Shown in pieces: positions 1 through 10,117 of a stretch of DNA of 64,000 nucleotides (within the stretch, counting starts at the first letter, position 1; the number at the start of each line of letters is the position of its first letter). The position numbers and the translations under genes were made by a program. The notes beneath the pieces are model-generated. The model did not search any database and was not told the origin of the DNA. It worked only from the letters and a program-made list of their open reading frames with translations. This stretch comes from Candidatus Fimenecus sp. (GTDB lineage: Bacteria > Bacillota > Clostridia > Oscillospirales > Acutalibacteraceae), in contig DAVZHW010000001.1 of NCBI GenBank assembly GCA_052273625.1, positions 135,718 through 199,717 on the forward strand. Reading direction: 5' to 3'.

Positions 1-2
1 AA

Positions 3-1124
3 ACCGATTTTAACACCTCGACGGGCTACGGCTATTCGGACAAGGGCAGAGATAAGCTTGACGAGCTTGTTGCAGATATTTTCAAAACGGAAAGTGCGAT
101 TATAAGAGCAGGCGCTCTTTCGTGCGGAACGCACACATTGGGTGTATGCCTTTACGGAATTTTAAGACCTAATGATGTAATGCTCTGCGTTTCGGGTACG
201 CCTTATGACACAATTCATCCCGTAATAGGCATCGGCGGTAAAAACGCAGGCGAGGGTACGCTTACGGATTTCGGCGTTATTTACAGACAGGTCGATATGA
301 CCGAAAGCGACGAGCTTGACTATGAGAAAATCGAAAAAGAGGCAAGCGACGAAGCGGTTAGAATGGTATATATTCAGCGTTCAAGAGGATATTCGTTAAG
401 ACACTCTATAAGCGTTGATGAAATAGAAAAGGTTTGTGAAATTGTCCACAGGGTCAACAAACGTGCTGTTGTTATGGTTGACAACTGCTACGGCGTTTTC
501 ACAGAGGAAAAAGAGCCGACGCAGGTCGGCGCCGATATTGTCGCAGGCTCGCTCATTAAGAATTTGGGCGGCGGCATATCCCCGATGGGCGGATACATAG
601 CAGGCAGAAAGGACCTTGTTGATTTGTGCTCTTACAGACTTACCGTGCCGGGACTCGGCTCGGAGGTCGGCGCAACACTCGGTGTAAACAGAAGCTTGTT
701 TATGGGCATTTTCAATGCGCCGAATGTTGTTAAAGAGGCAGTTAAAACAGCGGTGTTTACATCGGCATTGTTTGAGGAACTCGGCTTTGAGGTTACGCCT
801 CGAAGCAATGAAATAAGACACGATATTATACAGGCGGTTTGCCTTGAAAATGAGCAGAGGCTTATAGCCTTCTGTCAGGGTATGCAAAAGGGTGCGCCGA
901 TCGACTCCTTTGTTGTACCCGAGCCGTGGGATATGCCCGGCTATGACAGCAAGGTTATAATGTCGGCAGGTGCGTTTACCTCCGGCTCGTCGATAGAGCT
1001 TTCGGCGGACGCACCGCTTCGTGAGCCGTTTGCGGTATGGATGCAGGGCGGACTTAACTTTGCTTCGGGCAAGGTGGGAGTAATGCTTGCGGCAGACGAA
1101 ATCGTAAGGAGAGATTTGTTATGA
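3..1124 (+). CDS. PLP-dependent YnbB / aluminium-resistance-family (Cys/Met-metabolism lyase-like) protein, 5' end outside window
   Basis: Frame is open from nt 3 with no stop before the listed ORF. N-terminal translation FNTSTGYGYSDKGRDKLDELVADIFKTESAIIRAGALSCGTHTL resembles this family. ATGA stop/start overlap with the next gene. Confidence 0.6.
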   Translation, partial: TDFNTSTGYGYSDKGRDKLDELVADIFKTESAIIRAGALSCGTHTLGVCLYGILRPNDVMLCVSGTPYDTIHPVIGIGGKNAGEGTLTDFGVIYRQVDMTESDELDYEKIEKEASDEAVRMVYIQRSRGYSLRHSISVDEIEKVCEIVHRVNKRAVVMVDNCYGVFTEEKEPTQVGADIVAGSLIKNLGGGISPMGGYIAGRKDLVDLCSYRLTVPGLGSEVGATLGVNRSLFMGIFNAPNVVKEAVKTAVFTSALFEELGFEVTPRSNEIRHDIIQAVCLENEQRLIAFCQGMQKGAPIDSFVVPEPWDMPGYDSKVIMSAGAFTSGSSIELSADAPLREPFAVWMQGGLNFASGKVGVMLAADEIVRRDLL

Positions 1125-2659
1125 ACCTGATGCATTTGAAAAGCGGAACAGACGTAAGAGGCGTTGCCGTTGCGAAGGAGACAACAGACGTTGTTGAGCT
1201 CACGGATGAGGCAATAAAAAGGATAACAGGCGCATTTGTATATTTTCTCTGTGCAAAGACGGGCAAGGAAAAGGATGCGCTCACGGTTTCGGTAGGACAC
1301 GACTCAAGAATTTCTGCCGAGAGAATAAAGGCTGATGTAATCGCAATTTTGCTTTCAATGGGCGTTGCGGTCAAGGATTGCGGACTTTGTTCGACACCGG
1401 CTATGTTTATGACAACTCAGCTTGACACCTGCGACGGTGCGGTTCAAATTACTGCAAGCCATCATCCGTGGGACAGAAACGGATTGAAGTTCTTTACGGC
1501 AGGCGGCGGACTTTCGTCGGAGGAGATTGAAAAAATACTTGAATTTGCCGAAATGAATGACGCGATCGCTTATGACACCTCGAGAGAGGCTGAAAAAGTT
1601 GATTTTATGTCGGTTTACTGTGAGCATTTGAGAAATCTTATTAAAAAGGGTGTAAATTCCGCAGAGAATTACGACAGACCGCTTGAGGGACTTAAAATCG
1701 TAGTTGATGCGGGAAACGGCGTCGGCGGATTTTTCGCAAATGATGTTTTAGCACCTCTCGGCGCAGATACAAACGGCTCGAGATATCTCGATCCCGACGG
1801 TATGTTCCCGAATCACATACCGAATCCCGAAAACGAAACGGCGATGGCTTCAATTTGCGAGGCGACGGTTGAGTCGGGCGCAGATCTCGGCGTGATTTTT
1901 GACACGGACGTTGACCGTGCAGCTTGCGTTAGTGCGGACGGCAAGGAAATTAACCGTAACCGTCTTGTTGCTTTGGCTGCGGCTATCGCTCTTGAAAGCT
2001 GCGAGGGCGGAACGGTTGTAACGGACAGCGTAACCTCGGCGGGACTTACCGAATTTATCGAAAACACGCTCGGCGGCAAGCACAGAAGATTTAAGCGTGG
2101 CTATAAAAATGTCATTGACGAGAGCGTAAGGCTTGAAAGCGAGGGTGTAAAGGCTCCGCTTGCCATTGAAACCTCGGGTCATGCGGCATTCAGCGAGAAT
2201 TATCATCTTGACGACGGCGCTTATCTTATCACAAGGATAATCATAAAGCTTGCAGAGCTCAGAAAAGAGGGCAAGACTCTTGAGTCGCTCATAGCTTCAC
2301 TTAAAGAGCCTGCTGAGGAAAAAGAGCTTCGCTTTAAGATAAATACAGAGAATTTTAAGGAATACGGCGAGAGCATAATCGATAAGATAGAAAAAAGCGC
2401 TATTCTTAAAACCGATATTAAAATTGCCGAGGACAGCTGCGAGGGCGTTAAGGTAATCTTTACAGACCCTGAAATTGACGGCTTTTACATTTTGAGAATG
2501 AGCGTACACGATCCGGTTATGCCGATGAATATCGAAAGTGCGGTGAAAGGCGGAGTTCGCAAAATCGCTCAAAGTGTATATGATGAATTACAGGTATATG
2601 AGCTTCTCGATATGACCTCTCTGAAACAATTCTTGGAGGAAGGTATTGACAAAGCGTAA
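1121..2659 (+). CDS. phosphohexomutase (phosphoglucomutase/phosphomannomutase family)
   Basis: 512 aa. Active-site serine loop ITASHHPWDRNGLKF, metal-binding loop FDTDVDR, four-domain length. Confidence 0.8.
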   Translation: MNLMHLKSGTDVRGVAVAKETTDVVELTDEAIKRITGAFVYFLCAKTGKEKDALTVSVGHDSRISAERIKADVIAILLSMGVAVKDCGLCSTPAMFMTTQLDTCDGAVQITASHHPWDRNGLKFFTAGGGLSSEEIEKILEFAEMNDAIAYDTSREAEKVDFMSVYCEHLRNLIKKGVNSAENYDRPLEGLKIVVDAGNGVGGFFANDVLAPLGADTNGSRYLDPDGMFPNHIPNPENETAMASICEATVESGADLGVIFDTDVDRAACVSADGKEINRNRLVALAAAIALESCEGGTVVTDSVTSAGLTEFIENTLGGKHRRFKRGYKNVIDESVRLESEGVKAPLAIETSGHAAFSENYHLDDGAYLITRIIIKLAELRKEGKTLESLIASLKEPAEEKELRFKINTENFKEYGESIIDKIEKSAILKTDIKIAEDSCEGVKVIFTDPEIDGFYILRMSVHDPVMPMNIESAVKGGVRKIAQSVYDELQVYELLDMTSLKQFLEEGIDKA

Positions 2660-2711
2660 ATTATACATAAAATGTATGTATATATTTATCAAATGAAAGG
2701 TAAGGGAATAT

Positions 2712-2936
2712 ATGATTTTTGAAAAGGTTAGAGAAATAATTTGCGAGCAGTTTGACGTTGACGAGGAGAGCGTTACTCTCGATACGGATATAAGAGAAGA
2801 TTTGGACGCTGACAGTCTTGATATGGTTGACCTTGTTATGAGCTTTGAGGATGAATTCAAAATCGAAGTTCCGGACAGCGCTATCGAAACCGTTAAAACA
2901 GTCGGCGACATTGTTAAATTTATTGAGGAACACTGA
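2712..2936 (+). CDS. acpP: acyl carrier protein
   Basis: 74 aa, acidic, phosphopantetheine attachment motif DLDADSLDMVDLV. Confidence 0.85.
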   Translation: MIFEKVREIICEQFDVDEESVTLDTDIREDLDADSLDMVDLVMSFEDEFKIEVPDSAIETVKTVGDIVKFIEEH

Positions 2937-2972
2937 TTTATCAGTTGAATTTTAAGACAAGGATGTTGGAAA

Positions 2973-4409
2973 ATGGCAGAACAGAAAAAGATGGTCAATG
3001 ATATAACCGCAATGGACGAGGATTTTGCGAAATGGTACACCGACGTTGTAAAAAAGGCAGAGCTTGCCGAGTATACGAGCGTTAAGGGTTGTATGGTTAT
3101 TCGCCCCTACGGTTATGCAATATGGGAAAATATTCAGAAGATAATGGATTCAATGTTCAAGGCAACAGGACATGAAAATGTTTGTATGCCTATGTTTATC
3201 CCGGAGAGTCTTCTTGAAAAGGAAAAAGATCATGTTGAGGGCTTTGCTCCCGAGGTTGCATGGGTGACGCACGGCGGAAGCGAAAAGCTTGAGGAGAGAC
3301 TTTGCGTTCGTCCGACGTCGGAAACACTTTTCTGCGAGCACTATAAGCAGATTATCCATTCTTACCGTGATTTGCCGAAGCTCTACAATCAGTGGGTATC
3401 GGTTGTCCGTTGGGAAAAGACTACAAGACCGTTCCTTCGCACAAGAGAATTTCTTTGGCAGGAGGGACATACAATTCACGCAACGGCAGAGGAGGCTAAG
3501 GCTGAAACTGTTAAAATGCTTAATGTCTATGCGGATTTTTGCGAAAATGTACTTGCTATGCCCGTAGTTAAGGGCGTTAAGACCGAAAAAGAGAGATTTG
3601 CCGGTGCAGAGGACACATATACTATAGAGGCCCTTATGCACGACGGTAAGGCTTTGCAGTCGGGTACTTCTCACTATTTCGGCGACGGCTTTGCAAAGGC
3701 ATTTGAAATTCAGTATATGGATAAGGACAACAAGCTTAAAACTCCTTATCAGACTTCTTGGGGAACCACGACAAGACTTATCGGCGCTATTATTATGACT
3801 CACGGCGACGACAACGGACTTGTTCTTCCTCCGAAAATCGCTCCCGTTCAGGTTGTTGTAATTCCGATTGCACAGCATAAGGAGGGCGTTCTCGATAAGG
3901 CGCAGGAGCTTTGCGACAGACTTTCAAAGATATGCAGAGTTAAGTCCGACGTTTCCGAAAACTCTCCCGGCTGGAAGTTTGCAGAGTATGAAATGAAGGG
4001 CGTACCGCTTAGAGTTGAGATAGGTCCTAAGGATATCGAGAAAAATCAGTGCGTTATCGTAAGAAGAGATAACAGAGAGAAATACTTTGTTTCTCTTGAT
4101 GAGCTTGAGGCTAAAATTCCCGAGCTTCTTGAAGAGGTTCATAAGGGGCTTTACAATAAGGCTCTTGAAAGAAGAAGCAATATGACATACACGGCAAAAA
4201 CGCTTGACGAGCTCAAGGATATTGCAGACAACAAGCCAGGATTTATCAAGGCTATGTGGTGCGGCGACAGAGCTTGTGAGGATAAGCTCAAGGAGTATGC
4301 CGGCGTAACCTCAAGATGCATTCCGTTTGAGCAGGAGCATATAGGCGACACCTGTGTTTGCTGCGGAAAGCCTGCCGAAAAGATGCTTTATTGGGGCAAA
4401 GCATATTGA
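2973..4409 (+). CDS. proS: prolyl-tRNA synthetase, archaeal/eukaryote-like type without insertion editing domain
   Basis: 478 aa. N-terminus [35 protein letters not shown]. Class II motifs. Cys-rich C-terminal domain ending in Y. Confidence 0.9.
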   Translation: MAEQKKMVNDITAMDEDFAKWYTDVVKKAELAEYTSVKGCMVIRPYGYAIWENIQKIMDSMFKATGHENVCMPMFIPESLLEKEKDHVEGFAPEVAWVTHGGSEKLEERLCVRPTSETLFCEHYKQIIHSYRDLPKLYNQWVSVVRWEKTTRPFLRTREFLWQEGHTIHATAEEAKAETVKMLNVYADFCENVLAMPVVKGVKTEKERFAGAEDTYTIEALMHDGKALQSGTSHYFGDGFAKAFEIQYMDKDNKLKTPYQTSWGTTTRLIGAIIMTHGDDNGLVLPPKIAPVQVVVIPIAQHKEGVLDKAQELCDRLSKICRVKSDVSENSPGWKFAEYEMKGVPLRVEIGPKDIEKNQCVIVRRDNREKYFVSLDELEAKIPELLEEVHKGLYNKALERRSNMTYTAKTLDELKDIADNKPGFIKAMWCGDRACEDKLKEYAGVTSRCIPFEQEHIGDTCVCCGKPAEKMLYWGKAY

Positions 4410-4415
4410 TTTTGT

Positions 4416-4444
4416 TTGACAAAAAGGATTGAAAATCATATAAT
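4416..4444 (+). promoter_or_regulatory. sigma-A type promoter TTGACA-17 nt-TATAAT
   Basis: TTGACA at 4416-4421, TATAAT at 4439-4444, about 35 nt upstream of the lipoprotein ATG. Confidence 0.6.
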
Positions 4445-4478
4445 TAGTATGCTTTCAAACTAAAACGGAGGAAATACT

Positions 4479-5186
4479 ATGCAAAAGAAAATTGTTGCAG
4501 TAAGCCTTGTTATTTTAATGGTTGCGTTGTTGCTTGCGTCCTGTGGAAATAAATATCTTATGGGAGAAATCAACGGCGTTGAACGCCCGCTTGTTACCGA
4601 CGCAGAGGGAAATACGGAAATTGACGATGAGGGCAAAATCGCTGTTTACGTTACCGACGCAAAGGGTAATATTCAGTATGACGCTAACGGCAATCCGCAG
4701 AAGAACTACTATAAGCTTCCCGAAAAGATGGTCAACGGACAGACGCTCGAAACTCTCGATTACAAGTTTACAATGCCGAAGGGCTGGACGCTTAAGGATG
4801 ACGGCACCTTCTACAAGGACGGCACCGACGATAAGTGCTATGTTAATCTTGTCAAGGATACAACGCTTGGAGAATTTCAAACGTTCGAGTCGTTTATTGC
4901 TGAAAAAGAGGCAACTCAGCAGCAGATTGTTGAAACCTTTAAGCAGCAATATCCCGATACGACAATGGTTATTACTAACGGCAATCTTACAGACGGTAAG
5001 GAGGTCGTGTTCTTTACCTATACTATGAAGGATTCGTCCGGTGCAATAATCCATTATGCAACGTCGGCTTATGTCAATATAGACAAGGCTGTTTATTCGG
5101 CAAACTATATTTGTGACAGCGGAACAGGCTATGATGAGTCGTTTGACTTTATGGGAACATTTTCCTCAAACTTTGTTGTTAAATAA
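4479..5186 (+). CDS. lipoprotein, function unknown
   Basis: Signal peptide with lipobox LLASCGN. RBS GGAGG upstream. No family recognised. Confidence 0.6.
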   Translation: MQKKIVAVSLVILMVALLLASCGNKYLMGEINGVERPLVTDAEGNTEIDDEGKIAVYVTDAKGNIQYDANGNPQKNYYKLPEKMVNGQTLETLDYKFTMPKGWTLKDDGTFYKDGTDDKCYVNLVKDTTLGEFQTFESFIAEKEATQQQIVETFKQQYPDTTMVITNGNLTDGKEVVFFTYTMKDSSGAIIHYATSAYVNIDKAVYSANYICDSGTGYDESFDFMGTFSSNFVVK

Positions 5187-5207
5187 TAAAATATAGCAAA
5201 GCTTTTT

Positions 5208-5237
5208 CGGTGCGGAGACCTCCGCACCGATTTTTTT
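5208..5237 (+). terminator. intrinsic terminator
   Basis: 9-bp GC-rich stem CGGTGCGGA/TCCGCACCG, 4-nt loop, followed by TTTTTTT. Confidence 0.85.
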
Positions 5238-5323
5238 ATCGGCAATATACGTTTATACTTGTTATTTCAGCGGCTTTATGATAAAATATATTATCTATAA
5301 ATAAGAACGTGAGGAAGAATTAA

Positions 5324-6115
5324 GTGGCTGTTCTCAAGGACGTAAAAAGGCTTGTTGTCAAGGTTGGTACGTCAACTCTTACATACGACACGGGCAAGAC
5401 CAATATCAGACGTATGCATAAGCTTGTTTCCGTGCTCTCGGATATTGTCAATTCGGGCATTGAGGTTGCGCTTGTAACCTCGGGCGCAATCGGCGTCGGA
5501 GTCGGAAAACTGGGGCTTAAAGAAAGACCGTCGGACATTTCGGGCAGGCAGGCTGCCGCAACCGTCGGTCAGTGCGAGCTTATGTTTATGTATGACAAGC
5601 TTTTCGGCGAATACGGGCACACGGTAGGTCAGCTTCTTATCACAAAGAGTGATGTTGACAGCGAGGAACGCCGAAAAAACCTTATAAATGCATTTGAAAA
5701 GCTCTTCGATTACGGGGCGGTTCCGATAGTTAATGAAAATGACTCGGTCGCAGTTGATGAAATTGTTTACGGTGACAATGACAGCCTTTCTGCGATTGTC
5801 GCAAAGCTTATAAATGCAGATGCGCTGATTATACTTACGGATATTGATGGATTGTATGATGATAATCCCAATGAAAATGAGGATGCAAAACTCATTTCAC
5901 AGGTTGATGAAATTACAGATGAGCTTATCGCTGTTGCAGGCGGTCACGGTTCAAAATTTTCTACGGGCGGTATGGTGACTAAGCTTCATGCGGCTCAAAT
6001 TGCAATGGACGCAGGCATAGATACAATTGTTATGAACGGCTCAACTCCCGAGAGCATATATAAGGCTCTTGACGGTAAGCAGATAGGAACATTTTTCACG
6101 GGTAAAAAGGACTGA
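5324..6115 (+). CDS. proB: glutamate 5-kinase (short form, no PUA domain)
   Basis: 263 aa. VVKVGTSTLT, VTSGAIGVG, NENDSVAVDEI motifs. GTG start after GAGGAAG. Confidence 0.9.
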   Translation: MAVLKDVKRLVVKVGTSTLTYDTGKTNIRRMHKLVSVLSDIVNSGIEVALVTSGAIGVGVGKLGLKERPSDISGRQAAATVGQCELMFMYDKLFGEYGHTVGQLLITKSDVDSEERRKNLINAFEKLFDYGAVPIVNENDSVAVDEIVYGDNDSLSAIVAKLINADALIILTDIDGLYDDNPNENEDAKLISQVDEITDELIAVAGGHGSKFSTGGMVTKLHAAQIAMDAGIDTIVMNGSTPESIYKALDGKQIGTFFTGKKD

Positions 6116-6119
6116 TTTT

Positions 6120-7364
6120 ATGACGCAAGCTCAATTGCTTGGACAAAAGGCAAAGCAAGCTGAAAAGACACTTGCTACTGCTTCAACCGAACAGAAAAAT
6201 TCAGCTCTCGAGTTTATGGCGCAGGAACTTATTTCGGCAACGCAGGAAATCCTTTGCGCAAATGCTGAAGATATGAAAAATGCCCGCGAGAACGGTGTTG
6301 CACAGGTTATGCTTGACAGACTTCTTTTGACAGAGGACAGAATTGTCGGAATGGCAAAGGGGATAACAGATATAGTAAAGCTTCCTGATCCGATAGGCGT
6401 AATGCTTTCCGAAATTAAAAGACCTAACGGGATGACGGTAAAAAAAATAACAGTTCCGCTTGGAGTTGTTGCGGTTATTTATGAGGCTCGTCCGAATGTC
6501 ACCTCCGATGCTGCGGCACTTTGTTTGAAATCGGGCAATGCGGTTATCCTTCGAGGCGGAAAAGAGGCTATAAATTCGTCTAAGGCTATTGTCAAGGCGT
6601 TGCGAAACGGACTTGAAAAATCAGGTTTAGATGAAAACTGTATATCGCTTATAACCGACACCTCGAGAGATAGCGCAACAGAGCTTATGAGAATGAATGA
6701 GTATATTGATGTGCTTATTCCGAGAGGCGGGGCGGGACTTATTCGCTCTTGCGTTGAAAATTCTACAGTACCTGTAATTGAAACGGGAACAGGCAACTGT
6801 CACATTTATATTGACAGGGATGCCGATATTCAAATGGCGAGCGATATTGTATATAATGCAAAAACCTCACGCCCGTCGGTTTGCAATTCTGCGGAGAGCT
6901 TGGTAATTCACAAGGATATAATAAAAGATGCTTTGCCGATTATCAAAAAAAGACTTGACGAGAAAAATGTCGAATTAAGAGGCGATGAAACGGCAAGAGC
7001 TTCGGCGGACGGTATACTTCCCGCAACCGAGGATGATTGGGGTAGGGAATACCTCGATTATATAATGTCTGTGAAAACGGTTGAAAGTCTTGATGAAGCT
7101 ATTGAGCATATATCAAAGTATTCGACAGGACACAGTGAGTGCATTGTGACAGAAAATAAAGAAACGGCAGAGAAATTTCTCAAACGCATTGACTCCTCTG
7201 CGGTTTATCATAATGTTAGCACAAGATTTACGGACGGCGGTGAGTTTGGCTTTGGTGCGGAAATCGGAATTTCCACTCAAAAGCTACACGCAAGAGGTCC
7301 GTTGGGACTTCCCCAGCTTACCTCGTTCAAATATATTATCTGCGGTAACGGACAGATAAGATAA
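6120..7364 (+). CDS. proA: gamma-glutamyl phosphate reductase
   Basis: 414 aa, aldehyde dehydrogenase fold (catalytic region SRPSVCNSAESL). Immediately downstream of proB. Confidence 0.9.
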   Translation: MTQAQLLGQKAKQAEKTLATASTEQKNSALEFMAQELISATQEILCANAEDMKNARENGVAQVMLDRLLLTEDRIVGMAKGITDIVKLPDPIGVMLSEIKRPNGMTVKKITVPLGVVAVIYEARPNVTSDAAALCLKSGNAVILRGGKEAINSSKAIVKALRNGLEKSGLDENCISLITDTSRDSATELMRMNEYIDVLIPRGGAGLIRSCVENSTVPVIETGTGNCHIYIDRDADIQMASDIVYNAKTSRPSVCNSAESLVIHKDIIKDALPIIKKRLDEKNVELRGDETARASADGILPATEDDWGREYLDYIMSVKTVESLDEAIEHISKYSTGHSECIVTENKETAEKFLKRIDSSAVYHNVSTRFTDGGEFGFGAEIGISTQKLHARGPLGLPQLTSFKYIICGNGQIR

Positions 7365-7378
7365 CAAGGAGAATAATT

Positions 7379-8194
7379 ATGGCTGATGAAATCGTAAAAT
7401 TTGACAATTCGCCTAAAAAGAAAAAGAGAAAAAGAGCGCACCCGTGGGCGTTTCCGTTAGGACTTTTGATGGTAGTGCTTTCGGTCACAGGTCTTGTAAC
7501 TATACTTGTGGCAGGAGTGAACGGAATAAGCTCCGTCAAGTATAAAATCGATAACATTGAAAAATACAACACAATGCTCACTCCCGTTGTTATGAACGAC
7601 CCGAGCGTGTTCGACGATATATCGAAGGCTGATATGAGCCAGCTTATTGATATTTCGGTGTGGGCAATCGTAAAGAGCAATTTAGCTCCTGACACCTACG
7701 AGTACGGAGAGTCGGGTATGATTATTCCCGAAGCAGATGTAACAGCGTCATACACAAAGCTTTTCGGTACGGAAAGAGCGCCCGTTCATATGACTGTTTC
7801 GGGCTACGGCTATGAATTTACCTACGATTCGGCTAAAAAGTGCTACATAATTCCGCTTACGGGTATTGAGCCCACATACACGCCGAGCGTTGTTGATGTG
7901 GATAAAAAGAAGAATATGATTGTTTTGACTGTGGGTTATCTTTCGAGTAACGGCTGGGCACAGGATACCGACGGGAAAATGGTAGCGCCCGAGCCCGATA
8001 AATATGTTAAAGTAACCTTGCGTGAAAAGGACGGCAACTACTATATAAGCGCAATGCAGGCAACTGCAAGCCCCGAGGTTGCAAGCGCAACTCCCGTCAG
8101 TACAACGGCGGCTGCGCCTGCGGAATCCACAACAGAACCGACAACCGCACCCGAACAGGCTGCCGAGGACGCTCCTCAGACAGAAATAGCATAA
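7379..8194 (+). CDS. membrane-anchored hypothetical protein with Ala/Thr/Pro/Glu-rich C-terminus
   Basis: Lys-rich N-terminus, one TM segment (FPLGLLMVVLSVTGLVTILVAGV), no recognised domain. Confidence 0.5.
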   Translation: MADEIVKFDNSPKKKKRKRAHPWAFPLGLLMVVLSVTGLVTILVAGVNGISSVKYKIDNIEKYNTMLTPVVMNDPSVFDDISKADMSQLIDISVWAIVKSNLAPDTYEYGESGMIIPEADVTASYTKLFGTERAPVHMTVSGYGYEFTYDSAKKCYIIPLTGIEPTYTPSVVDVDKKKNMIVLTVGYLSSNGWAQDTDGKMVAPEPDKYVKVTLREKDGNYYISAMQATASPEVASATPVSTTAAAPAESTTEPTTAPEQAAEDAPQTEIA

Positions 8195-8211
8195 TGAAAA
8201 GGAAGAAATTT

Positions 8212-8868
8212 ATGATTAAGATTTCACCATCAATTTTATCAAGTGATTACGGCAACCTTTCAGCAGAGCTCAAAAGAATGGAAGATTGCGGAGCAGATAT
8301 GCTTCATATTGATGTTATGGACGGACATTTTGTTCCGAATATTACACTCGGTGCGCCGATTGTAAAGTGTATAAGAAAATCAAGCGACCTTCCGTTTGAT
8401 GTTCATCTTATGATAAGCGATCCGTATAAATATATACCCGATTTTGTAAACGCAGGCTCGGATATAATCACTTTCCATGCGGAGGCAGACTCCGATATTG
8501 AAAAGACGATTGATTTAATTTTGGCTTCCGGCAAAAAAGCGGGACTTTCGGTCAAGCCTAAAACTCCTATTGAAGCGGTTTATCCGTACCTTGACAAGCT
8601 TTCGATGGTGCTTGTTATGACTGTTGAGCCGGGATTTGGCGGTCAGTCATTCATGGAAGATATGATGCCTAAGGTTTCAGCGGTTAAGTCTGAAATCGAA
8701 AGAAGAGGACTTGATGTTGATATTCAAGTTGACGGCGGAATAAACAAGGATACAATTTCGGTTGCCGCAAAGGCAGGCGCAAATGTGTTCGTTTCGGGAA
8801 ATGCAATTTTCTCAAGCGATGACGCTAAAAAAACGATAGCGGAATTTAAAGAAAAGGCTATGGTTTAA
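8212..8868 (+). CDS. rpe: ribulose-phosphate 3-epimerase
   Basis: MIKISPSILSSDYGNL...HIDVMDGHFVPNIT...VEPGFGGQSF. The start at 8212 was chosen over 8194 because of the AGGAAG RBS and the family N-terminus. Confidence 0.9.
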   Translation: MIKISPSILSSDYGNLSAELKRMEDCGADMLHIDVMDGHFVPNITLGAPIVKCIRKSSDLPFDVHLMISDPYKYIPDFVNAGSDIITFHAEADSDIEKTIDLILASGKKAGLSVKPKTPIEAVYPYLDKLSMVLVMTVEPGFGGQSFMEDMMPKVSAVKSEIERRGLDVDIQVDGGINKDTISVAAKAGANVFVSGNAIFSSDDAKKTIAEFKEKAMV

Positions 8869-8953
8869 TTGATCAAAGCGATTAGATGATTTTTGTCTAA
8901 TTGTATTTTGAATGACTTTTGAGTGTATAATTTATTGGAAATGAGGTGAAATT

Positions 8954-10117
8954 TTGAGCGAGAGAGAACAATTAAGGATAAACTTGCAACCTGAGTTATC
9001 CGAAACAGAAAAGCTTGAAATTAAAAACACCCGAAAATATATGATTGATATGCTGTTGGTGCTGTTTGCACCTATGGTAATGTCGTTTTATTATTACGGA
9101 TTGCGTGCCGTACTTTTGGTACTGTATTCTGTAATATCGGCTTTGGTTTGTGAGTTTTTAGCTTCTAAAATTTATAAATTCAGAGCGAGCTATTCAGACC
9201 TTTCCTCAATCGTAACAGCGATATCAATAGCTATGTGCATACCCGCTTCTTCACCGTGGTGGGTGCCTGTGCTTTTGACGGTATTCGCTCTTGCAGTAGT
9301 AAAATTTCCGTTTGGAAACTCGAGAAGTCTTATGTTTTTGCCGTCGGCGGCAGGACTTGCTTTTTTAATAGTCTGCAATTCGGCAAGGATGTTTTCGTAT
9401 CCGATTATTCCTACGCAGGCAGACAAATTTGCACAGCTTTCAAGTGCAAATGCGACATTGGGCAATTCAATCGCATATATGCTGTCGCAGGGCAACTCAA
9501 TCGGAATTAACATAATCAGCTACATTGATATAGCTGTCGGCAATGTTTCGGGTCCGATGGGTACAACTTGTGCGGTTGCGATAATCGGCGGACTGCTTTA
9601 TTTGCTTATAAGACGACCGAGAACAGCTATGATGTCGTTTGTTTATCTCGGAACTTGCGCCGTATATGCGTTCCTTTTCCCGAGAATTACAACAGGTCGC
9701 GGAATATCGATAATAATGGAGCTTTGCAGCGGACTTACAGGCTTTGCGGCATTGCTTTTTGTTACAAATGAAACCCTTGCGCCAAAAAGAACAAATGCAA
9801 GAGTGCTTTATGCGGTGCTTATGGGTCTTATAACTATGATTTTAAGAACCTTTGGCTCGATTGAGGACAGCACGGTTTTTGCCGTTTTGATTACAAACGC
9901 TTTTGCCTGCACGCTCGACCAAAGACTTCCGATTACCAAAAGGGAGAAGCTTTTGCTCGACAGGAAAAAGGAAGCGGAGGCAATGTCAACGGACAAGCCT
10001 GTTGATACGGACGAGCAATCGCAAATTGTAGCGCAAAAGGTTATGGAAATAATCAATAATTCGGAGGAAACGCAGAAAGACGCCGAGGATGAAAACGGAG
10101 GTGGCGAGAATGAATGA
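8954..10117 (+). CDS. RnfD/NqrB-like polytopic membrane protein, divergent, with acidic C-terminal tail
   Basis: TTG start after GAGGTG. Aligns by eye with RsxD-type proteins: DLSSIVTAISIAMCIPASSPWWVPVL, KFPFGNSRSLMFLPSAAG, GPMGTTCAVAIIGGLLYLLIRR, FVTNETLAPKRTNARVLYAVLMG, FAVLITNAF. Confidence 0.65.
   Translation: MSEREQLRINLQPELSETEKLEIKNTRKYMIDMLLVLFAPMVMSFYYYGLRAVLLVLYSVISALVCEFLASKIYKFRASYSDLSSIVTAISIAMCIPASSPWWVPVLLTVFALAVVKFPFGNSRSLMFLPSAAGLAFLIVCNSARMFSYPIIPTQADKFAQLSSANATLGNSIAYMLSQGNSIGINIISYIDIAVGNVSGPMGTTCAVAIIGGLLYLLIRRPRTAMMSFVYLGTCAVYAFLFPRITTGRGISIIMELCSGLTGFAALLFVTNETLAPKRTNARVLYAVLMGLITMILRTFGSIEDSTVFAVLITNAFACTLDQRLPITKREKLLLDRKKEAEAMSTDKPVDTDEQSQIVAQKVMEIINNSEETQKDAEDENGGGENE

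Noticed and set aside
3150-3878. Long antisense or alternative-frame ORFs inside well-supported genes. Examples: 396-887(-), 3150-3878(-), 4515-5054(-), 21400-21909(-), 45753-46304(-), 48015-48524(-), 54116-54733(-), 54484-55011(-).
   Set aside because: Each lies wholly or largely within a gene with clear family motifs on the other strand or frame. They lack an RBS and any recognisable motif, and their composition is typical of shadow ORFs.
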